A stretch of 64,000 bases of DNA from a virus: positions 32,001 to 96,000 of the IMG/VR virus record IMGVR_UViG_3300037348_000049, one strand, 5' to 3'. Shown here one piece after another: positions 1 to 9,096 of the stretch. Numbering within the stretch: position 1 is the first letter of the stretch; the number at the start of each line of letters is the position of its first letter. A program made the position numbers and the translations under genes. The notes under the pieces were generated by a model. It had not been told where the DNA came from. It saw only the letters and a list, made by a program, of their open reading frames with translations, and did not search any database.

Positions 1-309
1 TTCATGAAGATCGGTATCCTTGGGCTAAATCGGGAGTACTTTAAGTCAAATCCTAGTAATGCTCAGATTGAGGCAGCACTGATGAACCGCACTTTCCGTG
101 GCTCCATCGGTACCCGCACCTATCAGGGTAACATCAGTAATGAAATCTCCCAGTACCACAAGGGTGATAGCTCTACTGCAACTGAAGCCCCCCAGGCAGT
201 GGCAGTTTCAGCCGCGCCTGCTCCAGCTCCAGCTCCGGCTCCGGCTCCGGCCTTTGCTCCACCAGCAGCACCGGTGTCCCCAGTAAGCGGAGAAGACACT
301 CCGTTCTAG
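1..309 (+). CDS. 5'-truncated ssDNA-binding-protein-like gene (C-terminal part)
   Basis: Frame is open at the window edge; Ala/Pro linker (APAPAPAPAP) then acidic-aromatic tail EDTPF, typical of phage SSB C-termini. Confidence 0.5.
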   Translation, partial: FMKIGILGLNREYFKSNPSNAQIEAALMNRTFRGSIGTRTYQGNISNEISQYHKGDSSTATEAPQAVAVSAAPAPAPAPAPAPAFAPPAAPVSPVSGEDTPF

Positions 310-317
310 AACATTGA

Positions 318-351
318 TTTAGAGGGGCTTCCCGTAAGAGGCCCCTCTAAA
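318..351 (+). terminator. Stem-loop, probable intrinsic terminator
   Basis: TTTAGAGGGGC (318-328) pairs perfectly with GCCCCTCTAAA (341-351) just after the stop at 309. Confidence 0.65.
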
Positions 352-369
352 CATTCTTAAGGCGACAAA

Positions 370-1356
370 ATGAAAATACTATTTACAGGAATGTCCTCGT
401 ACCACTGTAAGCCCCCTAAAACTACTAGATATTTTGGCACCTTGGCCAAAGCTGTAGCTAGGGTTGCAGAAGTCTCTTGGGCGATCCCTAGTGTTAAGTG
501 GTCTCTGGAAGACCTTGCTGAGTATGACTATGTCGTAGTTGGGGTATCCCCGCCGACGTCTCTCAGTGCTAACAAGGCCTACGGAGGCCTTCATGTTATG
601 AACTTACTTTGGGATGATCCCAGACTAAAATTAGTTGTTGACTCTCCTCAGATTTGGCAGTATAAAAACAGTATCAATAGGTCAAGCAAGAATTTAATTA
701 GTGGACTGTTCCCTGCCTTCTATGCTAACAGGTGGGAGTACTCGGAAGCTTTGACGTCTACCTCAATACCAGATGTCATAGATAAACTTAATAACAATGC
801 CTGGCCTGTCACTATTTTTCCAGGACTTCCCTGGAAGTCAGATGAGTCAATTGTGAAGTCTTTTGGTTTAGATGTAGGTAGCTCTATTATTAGCTTAAAT
901 CTTGACGCTATTAATTTAACGGACCCTGTGGAATCAGACGTACGTCAGCCGTTTTGGTCGATAGATGATGCTAATTTAGGCTGGTCACAGTCTCTAGCTA
1001 AAACCATTAAGTACGAGACAGTGGACGTTAGGTCCAAAAGGGGATACCCTGATCAAGAAGCAACCGAAACAATTCTGGACTCTGTGGGGCTAATAATTCC
1101 ACCGCAGGAAAGAAAGGTTGGAACTTGGTGGACATATAGATATGTTCAAGGAATGAATACTCTCACACCAATTGCAACCGACTGGTTAGAGACAGTTAAC
1201 TTTAGCCCTTCGTGGTCAAAACTTGCCTATCAAATAGAAGACATGAGCTCAGAAGATAGGAGATCCCTTGCACAAACGCAACGAGAAGACTATGTGAGAG
1301 CCATCCCTTCGGTAGAACAATTAGACCAATTAATAACTAGTAGAATATTTAATTAG
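370..1356 (+). CDS. GT-B glycosyltransferase resembling T4 beta-glucosyltransferase
   Basis: N-terminal MKILFTG strand, EYDYVVVG, LKLVVD, VGLIIPP...WTYRYVQGM...PIATD and RSLAQTQRE are colinear with remembered T4 BGT segments (DYDRLIVV, YYLFTD, AALIIGD...TLRVWETM...MLID, KEMLSIQHD). Confidence 0.55.
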   Translation: MKILFTGMSSYHCKPPKTTRYFGTLAKAVARVAEVSWAIPSVKWSLEDLAEYDYVVVGVSPPTSLSANKAYGGLHVMNLLWDDPRLKLVVDSPQIWQYKNSINRSSKNLISGLFPAFYANRWEYSEALTSTSIPDVIDKLNNNAWPVTIFPGLPWKSDESIVKSFGLDVGSSIISLNLDAINLTDPVESDVRQPFWSIDDANLGWSQSLAKTIKYETVDVRSKRGYPDQEATETILDSVGLIIPPQERKVGTWWTYRYVQGMNTLTPIATDWLETVNFSPSWSKLAYQIEDMSSEDRRSLAQTQREDYVRAIPSVEQLDQLITSRIFN

Positions 1357-1374
1357 AGTACAAGAGAGGTACAA

Positions 1375-1797
1375 ATGCCTGAAGTAAATCACGAGTGGGT
1401 TAAGAAGCAGTTAGAGGCAGCAAAAGTGAAAATTGGCAGTGGAAAAGCTGTCTTACAGCTCCTCTCAGTTTGGGAAAACTTTAATTTAAGTGGACCCATG
1501 TCCAGAGAAACAATAGAGGTATTCTCGAAGCTGGCATTGAATCAGGCGATTGACCTTGAGGAGGCTACAGAAGAGGTTTGGATAGCCCTACAACCTGGAA
1601 ATATACTTGTTGGAGACGAAGTTAGAGTCTTTCCTGACGCTTTCGAGGGAAACCTCGGCCCCACTCACAACGGGAGACGCGGAACTGTAGTGGCTGTTAG
1701 ATATGGAGATGTTATTTTTAACGCAACGGACGGAAAGCTACCTGAGCTTAAAGGTGTCCACTATTCTCCGTACAAGCTAGAGAAAAGAATTAAATAA
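1375..1797 (+). CDS. Hypothetical protein, helical N-terminus plus SH3/KOW-like C-terminus
   Basis: AGAGG SD; VGDEVRV...NGRRGTVVAVRYGDV pattern. Confidence 0.7.
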   Translation: MPEVNHEWVKKQLEAAKVKIGSGKAVLQLLSVWENFNLSGPMSRETIEVFSKLALNQAIDLEEATEEVWIALQPGNILVGDEVRVFPDAFEGNLGPTHNGRRGTVVAVRYGDVIFNATDGKLPELKGVHYSPYKLEKRIK

Positions 1798-2052
1798 ATG
1801 AGGACAAGTTTTGAACTAAAACTAGTTGCAGCTACTATAAACGAAGCTAAGTCTTTAGCTGCTTATCAAGTTGCTAATTTTCTTGATATCTCTGAAAAAG
1901 AGGTAGAAAGTAGAGTGGACTTCGAGTTTAAAATATCCTACCCCAAGGCCGAGACCATAGCTGAGATAGAGAGTTCTATAAAAGCTGGAATCTATCAGGT
2001 GACAGTGTATGGATCGGTTAAAAAGAGTGTAACTAGCTCATTTAATAGCTAA
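1798..2052 (+). CDS. Hypothetical protein
   Basis: 84 aa ORF abutting the upstream stop (TAAATG). Confidence 0.7.
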   Translation: MRTSFELKLVAATINEAKSLAAYQVANFLDISEKEVESRVDFEFKISYPKAETIAEIESSIKAGIYQVTVYGSVKKSVTSSFNS

Positions 2053-2090
2053 TTTTGTAATCTACGGTAGTATTTAATTTTTAGAAGCTT

Positions 2091-2456
2091 GTGAGTAGTA
2101 AGATTCTACTTATGAAGGATATAAGAATCGGCGAATCTCTTTGGTTCACCTGGGAGGGCAATGAGTATGAGCCTAATAGCACGAGTTCTTATATATATTA
2201 TACCAATGGCCATATTGATCTAAACGAAGATGTCGTCAGAGGTGCACTCGCCTCTTTATTACAAAGAGATGGGATTTCTTACTCTTTGGGGCAAGGGTTT
2301 TCTTTAGTCGAGCGTGCCGTAATAAACTACCTTCAGGCTGGTTTTGAGGATGGTGAGTATCACCCAACTATTTCAGACAGTGACGGGAACTCTATAAAAA
2401 ACGAGATAGAACTAATCGGTCTATTCGATCTGACGCTAGTTGAGATAGAGAATTGA
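2091..2456 (+). CDS. Hypothetical acidic protein
   Basis: 121 aa ORF (GTG start, alternative ATG 2112) overlapping the next start. Confidence 0.65.
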   Translation: MSSKILLMKDIRIGESLWFTWEGNEYEPNSTSSYIYYTNGHIDLNEDVVRGALASLLQRDGISYSLGQGFSLVERAVINYLQAGFEDGEYHPTISDSDGNSIKNEIELIGLFDLTLVEIEN

Positions 2457-2923
2457 TGTTTGAAGACTTGCCCGATTGGTATGATGATGCAGAGTGTGCT
2501 AAACCTGAAAATCAAGAACAGACTCCTAACTTTTTTGCCAACAAGCCCTCTAAGCAATATCAAGCTAAAAAGCTATGTGGTGCTTGTCCTGTAAGGAAAG
2601 ATTGCACTCAGTGGGCATTGAATAATAAACAAATTTGGGGAATCTGGGGGGGTCTTGGTCCGGAGCAAATACGTAGAACCCTGTCAGTTAATTGGGAGGG
2701 TCAAGAGATGCGTCACAAGAGGTTCCCAATCTGTCCTTACTGTAAAGCTAAGACTGAAAGTCTTGGTACTAAAACTGTCGACCGGCCTGATGCTGGGCGG
2801 TGGTCAACTATGAAAGTTGTCTACTGCAAGGAGTGTAGCTTTTCTTGGCAGAGTCGAACTAGCGCTAATGCTGTAGAGGCGTATTACAACCAAGAGGACA
2901 GGAAGAAGAAAAAACTTCCTTAG
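2453..2923 (+). CDS. whiB: WhiB-family Fe-S transcription factor fused to a C-terminal zinc ribbon
   Basis: W..DAEC...C-x2-C-x5-C and GIWGG WhiB motifs; then CPYC...CKEC. Confidence 0.9.
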   Translation: MMFEDLPDWYDDAECAKPENQEQTPNFFANKPSKQYQAKKLCGACPVRKDCTQWALNNKQIWGIWGGLGPEQIRRTLSVNWEGQEMRHKRFPICPYCKAKTESLGTKTVDRPDAGRWSTMKVVYCKECSFSWQSRTSANAVEAYYNQEDRKKKKLP

Positions 2924-3342
2924 GATTTTTTATCTCGCTCAATAAGCTTTTCTATTGGCGTGGAATCGTTCGCGGGGCGGCTATCCATCTCTAGCTTTTT
3001 TTCTATCCTGTATATACGCCTGTCAAGCTTGTAGATGTTTTTGTTTCCTTCATCTAGTCTCTGATGAACCTTATCTACTGAATCCTTTAAAGAGTTTCCG
3101 CCATTATTTTTTAGATTTCCGTCGATGTCACTCAACCGCTCCATCACCCCTAATGTTGCACCCCTGCCTGGTCTAGCTTTCTCTCCCGACCAGTCGGCCA
3201 TGAAATTCTCCCAGGTTAAAATGCGGCGCCTTATACCAAGATACATGGGACGAATTAACCTAACTACCGCAAACCAGGCTGCTAGTATTGTTGTTATTGC
3301 TACAGCTATAGCGGTTAACAGCATCATTTGATCTTCAGTCAT
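2920..3342 (-). CDS. Single-TM membrane protein, actinophage lysis-cassette-associated type (DUF2746-like)
   Basis: N-terminal hydrophobic helix; NNGGNSLKDSVDKV motif then coiled coil. Confidence 0.55.
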   Translation of the reverse strand: MTEDQMMLLTAIAVAITTILAAWFAVVRLIRPMYLGIRRRILTWENFMADWSGEKARPGRGATLGVMERLSDIDGNLKNNGGNSLKDSVDKVHQRLDEGNKNIYKLDRRIYRIEKKLEMDSRPANDSTPIEKLIERDKKS

Positions 3343-3348
3343 AAAATA

Positions 3349-3378
3349 TAAACCTAAACCTAAACCTAAACTTAAACC
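3349..3378. repeat. Five tandem TAAAC(C/T) hexamers
   Basis: TAAACC TAAACC TAAACC TAAACT TAAACC read directly in the divergent intergenic region. Confidence 0.9.
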
Positions 3379-3515
3379 TTGAGTTTGCGCGAATGTCGTA
3401 TACCCAACTGAACCTGCTGGATTCCTCTAGATAATTGTACCTCAATAAAAAACATTCTATTGGGTGCTCTTAACGTGGTAAATTTTTAAAATTTATATTA
3501 TTTCTATTTAATGAC

Positions 3516-3543
3516 TTGCATTTCTCATAGTGACGTGTAGAAT
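3516..3543 (+). promoter_or_regulatory. Sigma70-type promoter for the primase-helicase
   Basis: TTGCAT-N16-TAGAAT after an AT-rich UP-like tract (3481-3511). Confidence 0.5.
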
Positions 3544-3609
3544 GCTATTAGTCACTAAGCACAAAGAAAGATCCATGCATTTTTATAGAATAACTAGGAT
3601 TTCAATATA

Positions 3610-6252
3610 ATGGCAAGTCAATGGGAAGAGTCCTCTGGACGCCTCGGGCCTGCTGCGGCTTATTATGCCAGCAAGTACGGTTGGAAAATACTACCAGTAC
3701 ACGGTCTTGGCAGGGACGGTAAATGTACCTGTGGTAAGACCCATATAGATTCCAAGGAAATTGGAAAGCACCCGGCTATTAACAACTGGAATACCCAAGC
3801 GACGGACGACTTAGAGCAGCTTGCTACTTGGTGGGGGATCAATCCGGACTACAATGTTGGAGTTTTTGCTAAAGAATCCGGCTTCTTGGTTATTGATGTA
3901 GACCCTCGCTCTGGCGGCGATGAGTCGTTCATAACACTAGAAAATCGCGCAGAAGGGGCCCTACCTCCTACTGTAGAGGCAATAACTGGCGTTTGGGACG
4001 ACCGTCAAGGGAGGCCTACTCGTGGTCGTCACCTTATATATAAATGTGACCCTAACGAAAAGTTCATAGGAAACTTTAAAAGCGAAGGTCTTGGCGGAAT
4101 TGACGTTAAGCACAACGGATACATACTACTTACGCCATCTAGACATTTCTCTGGCGTTAACTACGTATGGAAACCTGGACATGCCCCCTGGGAGATGGAC
4201 ATAGCGCAGGCTCCAGAGGAATTGTTGAATGTTATCCGACCTAAGAAGAAGGCCCGTGGCACTGGAGTCTACGGAACCGCTGACTGGTCCTGGATTGGTG
4301 AGCTTGAATTTGCCGGTGAAAAAGTTGATGTTGATAAAATTATGGAAGAGGGCATTAGTGAAGGCTCTCGTGCTGTGGACATCTATCGCTTAGCCTGTGC
4401 GCTGGCAAACAAATACGGTACCGATAACGCAAACCGAACTTACATCGAAACATTGATGATTAGATTCAACGCAGAGATGGTAAAACCTCCAATGGAGCTC
4501 GAGGGGCAAAACTCCCTGCTTATGCACGTTCATAGAGCAATTGATTTCGTGGCCAATAATCCCAAGATTGATTTAGGCTGGGGCGGTCTAAGCGAGTGGG
4601 TAAAAGGTGAAGGAACCGAGTGGGCAGCTAAGAACCAAGAGGAAAAGATTCCTAGCAGGGACATAATTGTTCCGATTGTCCTGGGAGGCACGGATGACTC
4701 AGGGGGGCCAACTCCTACTTATAATCTTGGTCAGCAAATCAAAGATTTAGCATCTAGAGGTATGTCTGTAACTCAGGCTTCAAGCGGTGGTAATCTAAAT
4801 ATTCCCAACGACGTTGATGCCGTAAGTGAGTCTGACGGTGGTCGAGAAGGTTATCGCACACTAACTGATACTGGCAATGGGCGTCGCATGATTGACGCGT
4901 TCTCTTCAGTAGTAAGATATACAGAAAGTTTAGGATGGTTTTATTGGGACGGGGCCCATTGGAAGCATGACGTAGAACAGCTAAAGATTAAAGAACTTGC
5001 GAAAAGAGTCTCCCCAATGATTGCCGGTGAAGTCATAAACTACGGCCCTGGAGACGATTCAAAGAAGCAGGAGCTTGTTTCCTGGGCCAAGCAAGGTAAG
5101 TCTAATACTAGAATCTCCAACATGATAGCCAGCTCGCACACTGACGAGAGAATAACATCTCACGTTGATCAGTGGGACGATAAGCCACATCTTTTAGGCG
5201 CGTCTAATGGAATTATTGACCTAAAGACTGGAGAACTTCTCAAGGGGCGTCCAGATTTATATATGACAAAAAACACACCTGTCTCTTACACACCCGGACT
5301 AAAAAATATTCGTTGGACTGAGTTCTTAAACTTTGTAACAGACGGAGACGAAGAGTATCAGAGATGGCTTCAAAAGGCCGTAGGATACACCCTGACGGGA
5401 CTAGTAGAGCAGGACGTTATGTTCTTGGTATATGGCCCTCCAGGGTCTGGTAAGAACACTTTTGTGGAAACTATTGTAAACGCATTGGGCACAAAAGAGT
5501 ATGCTTTTTCTTTAGATAGTCAGGTCCTAGCGTCTAATGACGGTATGTCCAGTAGGACTGACGAGTACTACATGGCAGAGGTTAGGGGGCGACGTATGAT
5601 TTGGCTAGATGAGTTGCCTGATGGCGGTCGAATGAAAGAGAATCAAGTCAAAAAGATGACTGGTTCTCAGGAGTTGCAGGGCAGATCTCCTGGAGAGAGA
5701 CCTTTTACTTTTAAATCTCAAGGTAAGCTCTGGGTGACTACGAACCACAAGCCGATTATTACCGATGATGCAATGTGGCGCAGGTTGAGGCCCATTCCTC
5801 TCCTTAACATTCCTGACAAGCCTGACAGTAGCCTAAAGCCATACCTTTCTGATCTAGACGGAGGACTACCAGCCGTGCTTTCCTGGGCGGTAGAGGGTGC
5901 CATTAGGTACCTCAACTCTTCAGAGTCGGACCCGCTTGGCTGGTGTACGGTTGTGAAGGAAGCTGCAGAAGTCTATCGAAAGAATGAAGACAGAATTGGG
6001 ATCTTCCTAGATGAAGAGACAAAAGATATGCCTGGAGCCTCTTTGCGTGTAAAAGACTTGTTTATGACTTATAAATTCTGGAGTGAAGATCGCGGCGAAC
6101 GCCCAATGACGCAGATAGCCTTCCACAGGAAGATAACTGACAGAGGGCTAAAAGTTGTTGGTACTGGATCAAAAGCCGAAATTAAAGATATGTCCAAGAA
6201 TCTCTCAATTGTGAGCAATTCTTCTGAAGTTTCATGGAGCAACTTAATCTAA
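3610..6252 (+). CDS. Bifunctional primase-polymerase (Prim-Pol) fused to a D5/P4-family SF3 helicase
   Basis: CTCGK..H..GKHP, YNVG, LVIDVDPRSGG, GRHLIY, GIDVKHNGYILLTPSRH; Walker A GPPGSGKN; WLDE; LWVTTNHKP..DDAMWRR. Confidence 0.95.
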   Translation: MASQWEESSGRLGPAAAYYASKYGWKILPVHGLGRDGKCTCGKTHIDSKEIGKHPAINNWNTQATDDLEQLATWWGINPDYNVGVFAKESGFLVIDVDPRSGGDESFITLENRAEGALPPTVEAITGVWDDRQGRPTRGRHLIYKCDPNEKFIGNFKSEGLGGIDVKHNGYILLTPSRHFSGVNYVWKPGHAPWEMDIAQAPEELLNVIRPKKKARGTGVYGTADWSWIGELEFAGEKVDVDKIMEEGISEGSRAVDIYRLACALANKYGTDNANRTYIETLMIRFNAEMVKPPMELEGQNSLLMHVHRAIDFVANNPKIDLGWGGLSEWVKGEGTEWAAKNQEEKIPSRDIIVPIVLGGTDDSGGPTPTYNLGQQIKDLASRGMSVTQASSGGNLNIPNDVDAVSESDGGREGYRTLTDTGNGRRMIDAFSSVVRYTESLGWFYWDGAHWKHDVEQLKIKELAKRVSPMIAGEVINYGPGDDSKKQELVSWAKQGKSNTRISNMIASSHTDERITSHVDQWDDKPHLLGASNGIIDLKTGELLKGRPDLYMTKNTPVSYTPGLKNIRWTEFLNFVTDGDEEYQRWLQKAVGYTLTGLVEQDVMFLVYGPPGSGKNTFVETIVNALGTKEYAFSLDSQVLASNDGMSSRTDEYYMAEVRGRRMIWLDELPDGGRMKENQVKKMTGSQELQGRSPGERPFTFKSQGKLWVTTNHKPIITDDAMWRRLRPIPLLNIPDKPDSSLKPYLSDLDGGLPAVLSWAVEGAIRYLNSSESDPLGWCTVVKEAAEVYRKNEDRIGIFLDEETKDMPGASLRVKDLFMTYKFWSEDRGERPMTQIAFHRKITDRGLKVVGTGSKAEIKDMSKNLSIVSNSSEVSWSNLI

Positions 6253-6280
6253 CTTTGAAAGTTATTAAATAAAAGAACCT

Positions 6281-6323
6281 TATCAGTAGTGACATAATTG
6301 AACTAAGTGATCAACTACTGATA
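6281..6323. promoter_or_regulatory. 10-bp perfect inverted repeat (TATCAGTAGT / ACTACTGATA)
   Basis: Arms at 6281-6290 and 6314-6323, between the primase stop and a small ORF. Confidence 0.5.
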
Positions 6324-6335
6324 GGTAACCCTATA

Positions 6336-6434
6336 TTGAGTAAAAAAGACTACGTCTGTAGCAAATGTCAAAAAAATTGGCCCGTACCGTCCTTGGCAAA
6401 AGCTTGTCAAGAAAAACACGGGCCAACTGTATAA
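6336..6434 (+). CDS. 32-aa C2H2-like zinc finger peptide (not in ORF track)
   Basis: TTG start; MSKKDYVCSKCQKNWPVPSLAKACQEKHGPTV, with C-x2-C...C...H. Confidence 0.55.
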   Translation: MSKKDYVCSKCQKNWPVPSLAKACQEKHGPTV

Positions 6435-6450
6435 GTAACGTATCTAGTAA

Positions 6451-7539
6451 CTACTCATTACTCGAGGATAGTCTCTGCTGCTCTAAAGCATGATCATAGT
6501 GAAGCTGATTTACAGCAAGCCTACTATCGTTACTTAGAGATAGAGCAGTAGTATTGTAGCTCACTGCCTCCGAGTACAGCCCAAGGTTGTAGCTCGAAAC
6601 CGCGGCTAAGTCCCAGGGTAGGTCACCCCATGCAAAATCCTCGCAAAGATACTCTAATGGTCTTTCGGGTATAGCGCATGCATTCGTTGCGTAAGTCCTG
6701 CAGCTATCCCAAGAACCTTGTTCGTAGTAGTACTGAGCCAACTCAACTAGTGGCTCTCGTCTACCAGGGGCCTGAGCGACAGCCTGTATTAGCCAGTCAA
6801 CTCTGTTATCCGGCTCTACTTTGGATAGATATCGCATAGATGCAGCACGTTCCGGGGCCCATGTAGCAGTTGGTAGATTTAGGTGTCGCTTGAATTCGAC
6901 AGCAGCCTCTTCATATCGGCCGTAAAAATAAAGCTCTCTGGCGTAATAAAAAGCATTTCTGTCATCGTACAAATCTTCCTTCACAGCTTGCGCCAACAAT
7001 GGCAAGTACTGCGACCTGGGCTTTGTATTATCTGGATGGTGATGTATTTTTAGCCCTGTCCAGCTCTGTGTCTCTGCTTCATCACCATATCTAGTCAAAA
7101 CTTCGTGTACTGGATGCTTCCAGCGATAGCCAAAACGTGAGTGAATCTTATCCCCTCCGTAAACAAGCCCTGGGGAGGTCTCAGCTGAGTTCTTCCAACT
7201 CCAAGTGTACTCATAGCGAGGCCTGGTGGTGCCCTTTTCGAGGGCTTGTTCTAACTCTTCGCGCCAACCAGGGAGCAACACTTCGTCCATATCTAAGGCG
7301 ATGCAATAGTCTAGATCCTGAGGCATTGCTGCTAGGGTCGCGTTTCTGGCCATGTCAAATCTCCATGGCTTTACCGACACATCGATTACGTGTATGCCAA
7401 GCTCACCAGCTTTTTGAACAGTTAGATCGCTAGACCCAGTGTCCCCAATCATAATAAAATCAGCTTCTTTTGCTGATTCATACCAACGTTCTACGAATTG
7501 CTCTTCATTTAAAGAGATTGTGTAGACTCCTACTTTCAT
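6451..7539 (-). CDS. GT2-family glycosyltransferase with C-terminal TPR repeats (SunS/SgtA-like architecture)
   Basis: ISLNEE, DTGSSDLT, RFDMARN, LDMDE (DxD), HPVHE; TPR-like FYYARELY...A..EF and REPLVELAQYYYEQG. Confidence 0.9.
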   Translation of the reverse strand: MKVGVYTISLNEEQFVERWYESAKEADFIMIGDTGSSDLTVQKAGELGIHVIDVSVKPWRFDMARNATLAAMPQDLDYCIALDMDEVLLPGWREELEQALEKGTTRPRYEYTWSWKNSAETSPGLVYGGDKIHSRFGYRWKHPVHEVLTRYGDEAETQSWTGLKIHHHPDNTKPRSQYLPLLAQAVKEDLYDDRNAFYYARELYFYGRYEEAAVEFKRHLNLPTATWAPERAASMRYLSKVEPDNRVDWLIQAVAQAPGRREPLVELAQYYYEQGSWDSCRTYATNACAIPERPLEYLCEDFAWGDLPWDLAAVSSYNLGLYSEAVSYNTTALSLSNDSRLAVNQLHYDHALEQQRLSSSNE

Positions 7540-8738
7540 TTTTGCACTCCTAATACGCTGATGTTTTCTCGGGGATCAAAGCTTCCGCCAATGACCATTG
7601 TTAGCATTCCTGGATTGGATTCCATGCCGCTACGGTCTCTGTACCATTCGCTTCCCGGATCTGTCGTAGGGGCCTGTACCCACAATCGGTTTCCTATGTC
7701 CATAGTCCTAAAATTATGATAGTGACCTGACACCCAGACATCAGCACTACCTAGAGGCGTCTGCCCCGCTGCGTGCCCTGATAGAAACTTCATGACATTG
7801 TTCTGTGAAGCTTGGTGGCCATGGAATATACCCAGCATACAACCATCAACATCTACCGTTAAAGTTTGGTGGCCCGAACTAGGGTATCTGAACTCAACGT
7901 GAGAAAGTTCTGGATTCTCCGCACAAATATCCTGCACTGCAGACGCAATCTCTACGTTCCACCCATCAGCTGGATCGGCAGCAACTTGACGAGTCACCTC
8001 ATCGTGGTTACCGTTAACTACAGGCACCACTAATCGATCAACCAAAGGGGCTAGAGCTTTTATTTGAGCTAATAGTAATCTACGGGCAACTCTAACTTGC
8101 TCTGTGAGTCCGAGATCTGAAGCAGCAAGACCTTGAAGTCGTCCGTTTTGGGAGGTGTTACCTTCAACGTGGTCTCCGGGAAGAGCTAGAACAATAGTAC
8201 CAGGAGCTACACCACCTTTTTTTAGTGAGTTAAATTTTTGGATTGATCTATCAGTGAGGTGTAGAATTCTATCGACAGATTGGGCACTTCCTTGTCCATT
8301 TGCTTTTTTACCAAGTTGCTGGTCGCTGGGCACTACAAGAAATGCACCACCACCAGTAGATTTTTTGACGCCCTTGGATGGTCGCCACTTTTTTATGTCT
8401 TTAATGAGTTGCTCAGAGTCAAATTCCCCGGAGAGAGCCGCGTTAGTCGGGATCACGTTCACTCGGATTGACTCGAGGTACTCTCCATCAAATTTCTGCC
8501 ACTTGCCTTGGCGCAACGAGGTGACTATCCAATTGTTCGGGTTTAATCCAAATTCTTCTAAGACCCCGGCAGCATCGGCTTCGTTTCCGGCCGGCCTGGG
8601 CTTGCCTATAAGGAAGCCACCTTTTTCGCTGTCAACGTCCATTCGAGGACGCCAATCTTCAGGTATGCCTAGCTTCTTAATATCCGACCCCGTTTGCCCT
8701 GGCTCACGCAGTTCGTCTAACTTGCTAGACAATCCCAC
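7536..8738 (-). CDS. Calcineurin-like metallophosphoesterase
   Basis: SDQQLG, LPGDHVEG, NGNHD, FHGH and GHYH metal-binding motifs in order. Confidence 0.85.
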   Translation of the reverse strand: MGLSSKLDELREPGQTGSDIKKLGIPEDWRPRMDVDSEKGGFLIGKPRPAGNEADAAGVLEEFGLNPNNWIVTSLRQGKWQKFDGEYLESIRVNVIPTNAALSGEFDSEQLIKDIKKWRPSKGVKKSTGGGAFLVVPSDQQLGKKANGQGSAQSVDRILHLTDRSIQKFNSLKKGGVAPGTIVLALPGDHVEGNTSQNGRLQGLAASDLGLTEQVRVARRLLLAQIKALAPLVDRLVVPVVNGNHDEVTRQVAADPADGWNVEIASAVQDICAENPELSHVEFRYPSSGHQTLTVDVDGCMLGIFHGHQASQNNVMKFLSGHAAGQTPLGSADVWVSGHYHNFRTMDIGNRLWVQAPTTDPGSEWYRDRSGMESNPGMLTMVIGGSFDPRENISVLGVQK

Positions 8739-8740
8739 GG

Positions 8741-9016
8741 TCAGACCCCACTACTAAAGCAAGCACACTCTTGACGTCTATGACGCTCTATGCTGGAGTT
8801 GCTCATCTGAAAACCCTCGGCTTTCAGTGCTCCTACAAGACGAGTGGCTGGTAGATACTCTGGGTGTAGAGTATCTATGTTTTGGAGCGTCTCTAGGTAA
8901 GCAGTTACATCACTCTCAGTAAGCCTACTTGACGTTGTTATGCGGATAGCTGCGCATTGTTTTGTTCTGTTCCTATGTAGCTTAGAAACCCTATCTATGC
9001 TTTCGGCCAATGCCAT
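8741..9016 (-). CDS. Small hypothetical protein, possible HTH with C-terminal Cys motif
   Basis: 91 aa; LVGALKAEGFQMSNSSIERHRRQECAC; 2 nt upstream of the phosphoesterase. Confidence 0.65.
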   Translation of the reverse strand: MALAESIDRVSKLHRNRTKQCAAIRITTSSRLTESDVTAYLETLQNIDTLHPEYLPATRLVGALKAEGFQMSNSSIERHRRQECACFSSGV

Positions 9017-9096
9017 AAGTTCTCCTTGGGTCGGTTATGCTGCCAAGCCTACCACAAGATGACGCGTTTATGAAGTATATTAGAAGTTTATTTTGA

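Noticed and set aside
3349-3378. Telomere-like reading of TAAACC repeats, or an N-terminal GLGLGL extension of the 2920-3342 gene
   Set aside because: Internal position with only five units; the upstream frame has no start codon before an in-frame stop
8155-8757. 200-aa plus-strand ORF
   Set aside because: Antisense to the metallophosphoesterase, with no recognisable motifs
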